A stretch of 24,010 nucleotides of DNA from a virus (Duplodnaviria > Caudoviricetes): positions 1 through 24,010 of the IMG/VR virus record IMGVR_UViG_3300048837_001985; one strand, written 5' to 3'. The notes under the pieces were generated by a model. That model ran no database searches, had not been told where the DNA came from, and was given only the letters and a program-made list of their open reading frames with translations. Below, one piece after another: positions 8,720 to 15,077 of this stretch. Position 1 is the first letter of the stretch; the number at the start of each line of letters is the position of its first letter. Made by a program: the position numbers and the translations under genes.

Positions 8720-9217
8720 TTACTCGGTGGTGGACGCCATCTCCCTGACCCACGATTGCAGCGCCCTCAGTTGCTCGGCGTTTTCGTGACAGGTCTGGTA
8801 GTTGGTGGCAACAGTCCCCGCGACGGCAGAGAGCGCAATGTCTGCGGCGGCCGCATCAGTATCTCGGGCGGGCTCGGGCAATGCACCTGCGGCGGCAGCG
8901 TCGTGCAGGCGCACAAAGCCACGGTTGATAGTGCAAGCAGCATCGGCTTGGACGGGCACATAGACGGGCACCTCCTTGATGATGGTGTCGCCCTTCTCGC
9001 GGACGACACGAACGCGGTCGACGTATTCGGTGATGACCTCGACGGTGGCTTGCGCCTGCTCCTCGCGGACAGCGGTGGCCTGCAGAGCTTGTTGCTGGAC
9101 GGCGGCATCCCACTTGGCTTGAACGTGGCCCGCGCCCTTGACCCAGCCGAAGCCGACCAGGGCGAGGCCGAGCGCCGCCAAGGCCAGCAGCCGGTACGGC
9201 CAAGGAATCACGCTCAC
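8720..9217 (-). CDS. Rz: Inner-membrane spanin (Rz-like), 165 aa
   Basis: GTG start at 9217 overlaps the endolysin stop (GTGA), with GGGGAGG upstream. N-terminal TM helix (LLALAALGLALVGFGWV), Ala/Gln-rich helical periplasmic part and two Cys. Follows the endolysin and contains an embedded lipoprotein gene. Confidence 0.85.
   Translation of the reverse strand: MSVIPWPYRLLALAALGLALVGFGWVKGAGHVQAKWDAAVQQQALQATAVREEQAQATVEVITEYVDRVRVVREKGDTIIKEVPVYVPVQADAACTINRGFVRLHDAAAAGALPEPARDTDAAAADIALSAVAGTVATNYQTCHENAEQLRALQSWVREMASTTE
8767..8961 (-). CDS. Rz1: Outer-membrane lipoprotein spanin (Rz1-like), 64 aa, embedded in Rz in another frame
   Basis: ATG at 8961 is preceded by AAGGAGGT and an 8-nt spacer. 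MCPSKPMLLALSTVALCA-C gives a signal peptide with lipobox LCAC. The mature part is Pro-rich (CPSPPEILMRPP). Confidence 0.85.
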   Translation of the reverse strand: MCPSKPMLLALSTVALCACTTLPPQVHCPSPPEILMRPPQTLRSLPSRGLLPPTTRPVTKTPSN

Positions 9218-9723
9218 GATGCCTCCCCGAGGCACTGCCGATATTCGACCTCACGCCGTTTGGCCAGTCCGCCGCACAGCCGCGCATTGGCGGGCAGCGC
9301 GCAGTCCTTGCCTTGGAAAAATCTCCAGCGCAGCAACTCGGAACACGCCCCGGCGTAGTCCTCGGCGTTGAGTTTCTTCACCAGCGTGGACTGGCAGAAC
9401 GCATGGCTGCCGACGTTGTAAGAAAAGCTCACCAGCGCGTCGTACTCGTGTTGAGCTAGCGGTACGGTCACGCATTGCTTGAGCGCGCCCTCGAACTGCT
9501 GCACATCGGCTAGCGCCCGAGCCAGCGCCTTCGGCGGCGTGGTGGTGTCGCCAATCCTCACCCCTGTGGTGGCGCCGAAGCCAATGGTCGGCACATCGCC
9601 TTTGACCGGGATAACCGCGCGGTCGGTATAGCCCTCGTGCAGCAAGATGCCGACCAGGGCGGCGGCGGACAGGCTAAGACCGGCCACCGTCCTGCGCACC
9701 GCTGGAGTTGGCGGCGGGATCAT
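9214..9723 (-). CDS. Phage lysozyme (GH24), SAR-type endolysin, 169 aa
   Basis: Start reassigned to ATG 9723 (ATGA overlap with the holin stop). An Ala/Gly/Leu-rich segment VAGLSLSAAALVGILL directly precedes HEGY. Also GDVPTIGFG, YDALVSFSYNVG, STLVKKLN and GLAKRREVE, with six Cys. Confidence 0.93.
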   Translation of the reverse strand: MIPPPTPAVRRTVAGLSLSAAALVGILLHEGYTDRAVIPVKGDVPTIGFGATTGVRIGDTTTPPKALARALADVQQFEGALKQCVTVPLAQHEYDALVSFSYNVGSHAFCQSTLVKKLNAEDYAGACSELLRWRFFQGKDCALPANARLCGGLAKRREVEYRQCLGEAS

Positions 9724-9941
9724 CGGTGCATCCCCGGCTGCGCCACGATGCGGGCAACCGTCGCGCCGATGCTGCAAGCAAAGGCCAGCAGCACAAACGC
9801 GCCACGCGGCAGGATGTCGCCGAACAGTGGCACCACCACTTCCGCCGCCGTGAGGGCAGCCGCCATAAGCGAGAATCGGATGCTCCAGGCACGGCGCAGA
9901 ACCTGCCGCCAGTCGTCGAGCAGGCAGAGCTTGGGTTTCAT
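9720..9941 (-). CDS. Putative holin (two TM segments, pinholin-like), 73 aa
   Basis: Start reassigned to ATG 9941 (ATGA overlap with the upstream stop). MKPKLCLLDDWRQVLRRAWSIRF is followed by two hydrophobic stretches. Lies immediately upstream of a SAR endolysin. Confidence 0.75.
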   Translation of the reverse strand: MKPKLCLLDDWRQVLRRAWSIRFSLMAAALTAAEVVVPLFGDILPRGAFVLLAFACSIGATVARIVAQPGMHR

Positions 9942-10237
9942 TGCGCGCCTCCCAACAGCTTGAGCTTGATGGCGGCCCCGACCAGCAGCGCGGCCAGGAT
10001 GCCGGTGGTGATGACCTTCACCGTGGTTTGCCACGCTGTGCGACGGGCATCGCGCCACGCTTCCAGGAGGTCGCGCAGTTCGCGGATGTCCTTCGCCGCG
10101 TGTCCGTTTTCCAGCCCAAGATGGGCGAGGCAACGCTCGGCGCCCCGTTGGGCAGCGATGTTCAGCAGCTCATCAAAGTCCTCGTGCCGCAGCAGCAGCG
10201 TGGGTTCGATGGGCGGTACATCAGTTTCTTCGGTCAT
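9938..10237 (-). CDS. DUF6127-like phage membrane protein (first gene of the lysis cassette), 99 aa
   Basis: AAQRGAERCLAHLGL...AAKDIRELRDLLEAWRDARRTAWQT plus a C-terminal TM helix, recognised from memory as DUF6127. GGAG precedes the ATG. Confidence 0.75.
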   Translation of the reverse strand: MTEETDVPPIEPTLLLRHEDFDELLNIAAQRGAERCLAHLGLENGHAAKDIRELRDLLEAWRDARRTAWQTTVKVITTGILAALLVGAAIKLKLLGGAQ

Positions 10238-10257
10238 CGTCGGTCTCCAGAAATGAC

Positions 10258-10290
10258 GAAACCCGCCCAGCGGGAGCCGGAGCGGGTTTC
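10258..10290 (-). terminator. GC-rich stem-loop between the tail genes and the lysis cassette (possible weak terminator/attenuator)
   Basis: On the - strand it reads GAAACCCGC-T-CCGGC-TCCC-GCTGG-GCGGGTTTC: a perfect 9-bp outer stem and a 5-bp inner stem with one G-U pair. It is followed by GTCATTT, a poor U-tract. Confidence 0.55.
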
Positions 10291-10315
10291 AGGGGTGAAG
10301 TGGAAGGGGTGCGGC

Positions 10316-10537
10316 TTAGATGTCGATGACTTCCAGCGGCAGAGACGGCGCATCGCCTTCGATGACGCCATCACGGACGAATACGGTCTGGCCCAGGCTG
10401 GCTTCGCCACGTCCGTGGACCAGCCCGCCGCCCGGCAACGCGATCACGGCGCGGCTCGCGCCAACTTCGATCACGATGCCGGCTTGCAGCGGTGGATCAG
10501 GCAACAGCTGTCGGAACTGCCGGTAGATGTTATGCAC
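10316..10537 (-). CDS. Small phage tail-associated protein, 73 aa
   Basis: Start reassigned to GTG 10537, overlapping the end of the upstream gene (MHNIYRQFRQLLPDPPLQAG...VFVRDGVIEGDAP). Beta-rich and the last gene of the tail operon. Confidence 0.7.
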   Translation of the reverse strand: MHNIYRQFRQLLPDPPLQAGIVIEVGASRAVIALPGGGLVHGRGEASLGQTVFVRDGVIEGDAPSLPLEVIDI

Positions 10538-12416
10538 GGCATTCCACCCCGAGGGTTTGCCAGACTTCCGGGAACCCCGCCTCGATCCGCGTGGAACGCA
10601 CCAGACCGAGCCGCGACACGCTCCCGTCCTGGTACTCGACAAAGGTGCCCGGCTCGACGATGCCGGTTTCCGGCAGTACGGGCAGACGCAGGCCCACTTC
10701 GAACTGCTGACCCGTGTCGGCCAGGATCGCAGTGCCGCGCTGGCGTGCCGCGGCGGCCTCGGTGATCAACGCGTCGACCACCATCGGTGCGATCACGTTT
10801 CCTGCCGTACCGGTGCGCGTGACCTGGCCGAGCACACCGGCGCTCTGGCCAGATACGAACACCCGGTTGTAGGCGGGCTTTTCGAGCCAGCGCAGGGATT
10901 CGCGCGAGACCGCATCGACCGGCAGGATCAGATCAGGGGTCACGGCATGCCAGTCCCAGGGCGCCACCGGGTATCGATGGCGCACCCGCAGGATCGCCTC
11001 GGACGGATGCGGCAGCAGATAGCCACCGGGCGCCTCAGCAATGGCGGCCAGCGCATCGATCCAGGTGCCTTGGTGGGCGAACACGCCTGCCGGCACATTC
11101 CAGTCCGGCAGGCCCCAGTCGATGCTCCAGCCCAGCGGCACACCGTTGATGGTGAGTACGTCATCCATCAACTGCCGTGCGGTTCGCGGCTGTGAATTGG
11201 CGAACGACATCACCGGCGCGTAGGGCGCGGACAACACCGCCGTGCGCCCGCGCCCGGACAGACGAAGGCTGGCCTCGCCGAAGCTGCGCTCACGGGTCAG
11301 GTTCTCGGCCAGCACGCGAAAATCGGTGCCGTTGATGTGAGCGACCAGTTCCACCGGAGGCGCCCCATCTGCCGGGGCGATCAAGGCCTCGGCAATGGCA
11401 GGCAGCGTGGCCTCGAAGCCCCAAGCCCAGGAGTCGACGTCGAGACTCAGCGACAGCGAGATCACCGGAGCCGGCACGCCATCCGGCCATCGATGCAGCG
11501 TCACGTGGTTCAGCACGACATAGACCCCTCGGATCGGAACGACGACCGGGCCGCCTTGGCCGGGCCCAGGGTGGTTTTCGCAGACGAAGACCAGATGGCC
11601 CTGCGTCGTCGCCATTTCGGCAAACAGCAGGTTCGGATTCGGCGTGTAGCAGGGAACGAACGGTGGATCGGGGTCATCCGGGCGTACTGGAGGGCGCCCT
11701 GGCGGCGGCCGCATCGCGTTCTGCCAGCGCGCGGCCATCCAGCGGCGCATGGTTGTGGCGACCTGGATCGCTTCGAAGAAGCGCAGGCTTGGGTGAGCCT
11801 GGGCCACGTCGAAGCGACAGCTTATGGGCGGACGACGATCTCGCAGGCCGTCCTCATGGCGCACGCGACGTTCCAGCACGTCCATGCGGGCGGCATTCGC
11901 ATAGGCCACCGGGCCTGCCGTTCGCAGGTGGAGCGATTCGCTATGCGGAACCCGGAGCGCACCCGGCGATTGCGGAACCGCGCCGTGAAACCGCGCCGTC
12001 GCCGACACCGGTGCGCGCATCAACGTCGCCGCGCGCCGCGTGGTTACGTTGGCGTCGTGCGATTGCCCTGTTCGCCAGGACGTCCGCGCCTGCGACGGGT
12101 GGCGGGCCGTGGATGCGGTGCGATGCTCGGCCCCGTCCTCGAACCCGCGACCGCGTTGCCAAGCCGACCTGTTGCTGCCCACCAGCGGACGTGCGGCCCG
12201 AGACTGGTATCGCCCCTCGACCAGCATCTCCAACGCCGGGAACATGGCGACCAACGTCGCTGACGCATTCGGGATGACCAGTGCTTCGAAGCGCAGCGCC
12301 GGCAGTGTGCTGACCAACTGCGCATCGAGTGGTGGCGCCGACCCGGTCGGATCGCCACCGAACACCAGGTGAGCGCTGCCCGGTGGATGGGCGAAGCGCA
12401 GATCGACAGCCGCCAT
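10530..12416 (-). CDS. Phage tail-tip/hub-like structural protein, 628 aa
   Basis: Long ORF in the tail operon with an Arg/Ala-rich N-terminal half and a Pro-rich linker (RPPPGRPPVRPDDPDPP). The C-terminal half has hub-like motifs (LSLSLDVDSWAW, LSGRGRTAVL, YNRVFVSG). Confidence 0.7.
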   Translation of the reverse strand: MAAVDLRFAHPPGSAHLVFGGDPTGSAPPLDAQLVSTLPALRFEALVIPNASATLVAMFPALEMLVEGRYQSRAARPLVGSNRSAWQRGRGFEDGAEHRTASTARHPSQARTSWRTGQSHDANVTTRRAATLMRAPVSATARFHGAVPQSPGALRVPHSESLHLRTAGPVAYANAARMDVLERRVRHEDGLRDRRPPISCRFDVAQAHPSLRFFEAIQVATTMRRWMAARWQNAMRPPPGRPPVRPDDPDPPFVPCYTPNPNLLFAEMATTQGHLVFVCENHPGPGQGGPVVVPIRGVYVVLNHVTLHRWPDGVPAPVISLSLSLDVDSWAWGFEATLPAIAEALIAPADGAPPVELVAHINGTDFRVLAENLTRERSFGEASLRLSGRGRTAVLSAPYAPVMSFANSQPRTARQLMDDVLTINGVPLGWSIDWGLPDWNVPAGVFAHQGTWIDALAAIAEAPGGYLLPHPSEAILRVRHRYPVAPWDWHAVTPDLILPVDAVSRESLRWLEKPAYNRVFVSGQSAGVLGQVTRTGTAGNVIAPMVVDALITEAAAARQRGTAILADTGQQFEVGLRLPVLPETGIVEPGTFVEYQDGSVSRLGLVRSTRIEAGFPEVWQTLGVECRA

Positions 12417-12422
12417 CGGCGA

Positions 12423-12812
12423 TCACCCCAGCAGTCCCGTCAGGATGCGGGTGTAGCCGCCCGCGTACAGTGTGGTCGTGGGCAGGCGCAGTTCGCCGGG
12501 GCCCTCCAGATCGGACGCATCGCAATCCCACGCCAGCGTGCCCTGCCCGTTGACGATGCGCGCCCACGTGGCCTCTCCGGTGGTCAGGATCAGCGCTTCG
12601 TTGCTTGGTGCCACTTCGAGCAAGCCATCAGCGACGCTGCCCAGCGGTTCGGCGAGCACGATGGAGGCCAGCAGCGGCCCTTGCGGCGGCGCGCCAAAAC
12701 TCGGGCGCGGCCCGGCGTAAAGATGAGCGCGGGCTTGCTCGGTGCCGAGCGCCAGGAAAGTGATGACGCTTTGCAGCCGGTAGTCGTTGAGTGGGTCCGA
12801 GATCTGGATCAC
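12423..12812 (-). CDS. Phage virion structural protein, 129 aa
   Basis: GTG start overlaps the upstream stop (GTGA, 12809-12812). Motifs LYAGPRP and GEATWARI. Tail operon position. Confidence 0.7.
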   Translation of the reverse strand: MIQISDPLNDYRLQSVITFLALGTEQARAHLYAGPRPSFGAPPQGPLLASIVLAEPLGSVADGLLEVAPSNEALILTTGEATWARIVNGQGTLAWDCDASDLEGPGELRLPTTTLYAGGYTRILTGLLG

Positions 12813-13780
12813 GGCGGCGCAGCCTGCATCGGCTCAGCGCGCAGGTTGTCGGCGATGACCGCTCGGAAGTTGTGCCTGTAGTCGTAGCCAATCACGACGT
12901 AGCGCGGTACCGGACTGATCTTCTCGAAGCAGTAGCCACCGCTGACAGGATCGCTCCAGGTCTCGCGCACGACGGCGTAGGTGCGCTCGTCGAACAACAG
13001 CACTCGGCGTGCTACTGGCCGGTCATCCGGAACGCCCTTTTCCTTCACCGTACCGGTGATGTGGTGATCGCCGGCGTAGTAGTGATTGCGCGTGCCAGCG
13101 AGGCGATGGAGGGCACGGTGGGAGAACCGCTGCAGCGCCGCAAGGTCCGGTACCGGATGTGTGCGGCCCAGTCGCATGGGCAGCGCTTGGTACTGCGCGG
13201 GTGGTGCCTCGGGTAGCGCGCTCGGCACGCCGCCGGACACGCGATGCACACGCAGGGTCAGGCCGTAGCCGTAGATGCTCGGCCGGAAGCTCGCGTAGTG
13301 CCGCTTGTAGTCTTCCCACACGACGTCGCCGTTTTCGCTGAGGCGGTACCGCCAGACGCCGTCGACGCCGCGCTTCACGTCGATGCGCAGCGTGCGGCGA
13401 GCACCGGTCACTGCCCATGGTGCGGGCGCGTGCGCAGTCAGTTCGGACTGATTGCCATGAGCATCCCATAAGCTGTGATGCCACTGCTGCTGCCAAACGG
13501 TCAGGCGGTGGCCCTCGTAGGTTCCCGACCCAGTCCATAGCCAGAAGCCGAAACAGGTCGAACTGTAGGTCAAGGCCCTTACTTCGGCGTCGATCTCAAA
13601 CCAGAAGTTATCCGCGACCTCGGCCGCATCGATCCGCCAGAAGTTCTGCGCCTGCGTGAGCACCAGATCGACTGCGTGCGCACCTGCGTTCCAGGTCGCG
13701 GTGATGCCGCCGGCCCCGCCATTGCTGGCAAAGCCCGCAGGAATGCCGGCGTCGAAGCTCTCGTCCAGGGGATAAGCCAC
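12809..13780 (-). CDS. Putative tail fibre/receptor-binding protein, 323 aa
   Basis: Trp/Tyr-rich beta-sandwich-like N-terminal ~190 aa, a Pro-rich linker, and a C-terminal ITGTVKE...RRVLLFD...TWSD...VIADN module. GTG start 3 nt after the upstream stop. Confidence 0.6.
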   Translation of the reverse strand: MAYPLDESFDAGIPAGFASNGGAGGITATWNAGAHAVDLVLTQAQNFWRIDAAEVADNFWFEIDAEVRALTYSSTCFGFWLWTGSGTYEGHRLTVWQQQWHHSLWDAHGNQSELTAHAPAPWAVTGARRTLRIDVKRGVDGVWRYRLSENGDVVWEDYKRHYASFRPSIYGYGLTLRVHRVSGGVPSALPEAPPAQYQALPMRLGRTHPVPDLAALQRFSHRALHRLAGTRNHYYAGDHHITGTVKEKGVPDDRPVARRVLLFDERTYAVVRETWSDPVSGGYCFEKISPVPRYVVIGYDYRHNFRAVIADNLRAEPMQAAPP

Positions 13781-13783
13781 CGA

Positions 13784-15049
13784 TCAGGGCCTCCACGGCC
13801 CCGTGATGTCGAACGCGAACCCGCTGGTGTTGCCCTCGTGGGCGTAGTCCAGCGTCACAATCAGGAACTTGCGCCCGGGGTAACCCAGGACCTGGTCGAT
13901 CAGCGTCATGTGCTCGTACGGCTGGTTCTGATGAATCCAGTACATGCCCGGAAGCATCCCGCGCATGTGGCCCGTGGTTTCGCGCAGGTAGATCGGGTGC
14001 AGGATCAGACCGTAGTCGGGACCGTTCGGGAACGGGATGTGACCTGAGCGCCCGGAGATGTTCTGGTTGTTGCCATCGTTCAACGAGAACAGGCCCAGGC
14101 GAACATTGCCGCCGACCTGGGTGTAGTCGCGCATGCAGACCTTGCCGGTCGTATCCAGCGAATGCGTCGAATAGGATTCCTGGTTCGGATAGCTGTAAGG
14201 CCACGCACTGACGCTGTGGTAGCGATCCGATGCGGTCAGGAAGGACGCGTAGTTGTCCCCCGGCTTGTAGCTGTCGAAGTCGGTGAATGTGTAGAGCACC
14301 CGGCGATCACCACCCCAGCCGGAAGCGCACGCCAGGAAGAACCCGCGGTCATCGCCTACCAGCACCCAACTCCTAGCATCGGCGCCATTGTCGCCATAGG
14401 TCTCGGCGGTGTTGTTGCGAGCGAAGTACCACTTGAACCAACCTGAGTACATCGACGTGCCGCTGCCCGATGGCAGTTCGTTGGCATTCGGGTTCGCCGG
14501 ATCGAATGGTGCGCGCGCGCCGACGAAGGTATCGACGTCAACCATGTCCTCGGCCAGCGTCACGCGCGCAAACTTCGCCCAGGTGGTCGTGTAACCCTCC
14601 GGCAAGCTGTCATCGACCCGCAGGAACGGTCGGTTGGAGAGCGGATTGGGGCTGCGAAAGGTGCGCTTGTTCTCGCCCGTGAAGGCGATCTCCAATCCCA
14701 GCGGCGCGATCTTGGCGGTGATCCCGAGTACCGTGGTCGCGGGCGATGCGGGCTCGCCCGAAACGCTGAAACTGATGCTATTTGCGGTGATGGCGGTGAT
14801 CGTGAACTCGCCGTTGTACGCCGGCTCCTCGCAGCCCTCGATGCGCACCACCTGGTCGACCAGGAAACCATGACCCGAACTCATCGTCGCGGTCGCGGTG
14901 GCGTCGTTGCGGGTCAGCGCGAGCACGGGTTTGAGGTTGAAGCCGTTGACGAGCAGTGCGTCGAGCATCGCCGTCAGGCTGCCCCAGTTGTTGGTCAGCA
15001 CCGGCGCGCCGACCATGTTGCTGTGCATCCATTTGACCTTGTTGCTCAC
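13784..15049 (-). CDS. Phage virion structural (tail) protein, 421 aa
   Basis: GTG start with GGAG upstream. N-terminal GAPVL...GSLTAMLDALLVNGF, HGFLVDQVVRIEG..YNGEF, and C-terminal RGMLPGMY...FDITGPW. Tail operon position. Confidence 0.75.
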   Translation of the reverse strand: MSNKVKWMHSNMVGAPVLTNNWGSLTAMLDALLVNGFNLKPVLALTRNDATATATMSSGHGFLVDQVVRIEGCEEPAYNGEFTITAITANSISFSVSGEPASPATTVLGITAKIAPLGLEIAFTGENKRTFRSPNPLSNRPFLRVDDSLPEGYTTTWAKFARVTLAEDMVDVDTFVGARAPFDPANPNANELPSGSGTSMYSGWFKWYFARNNTAETYGDNGADARSWVLVGDDRGFFLACASGWGGDRRVLYTFTDFDSYKPGDNYASFLTASDRYHSVSAWPYSYPNQESYSTHSLDTTGKVCMRDYTQVGGNVRLGLFSLNDGNNQNISGRSGHIPFPNGPDYGLILHPIYLRETTGHMRGMLPGMYWIHQNQPYEHMTLIDQVLGYPGRKFLIVTLDYAHEGNTSGFAFDITGPWRP

Positions 15050-15077
15050 GAATTAAGCTCCTGGGAATCAGTTGGCG

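Noticed and set aside
6147-10642. ORF-track starts at 6147, 9108, 9235, 9777, 10133 and 10642
   Set aside because: Each extends deep into a neighbouring gene. Downstream starts with stop/start overlaps or SD sequences (6198, 8961, 9217, 9723, 9941, 10537) fit better.
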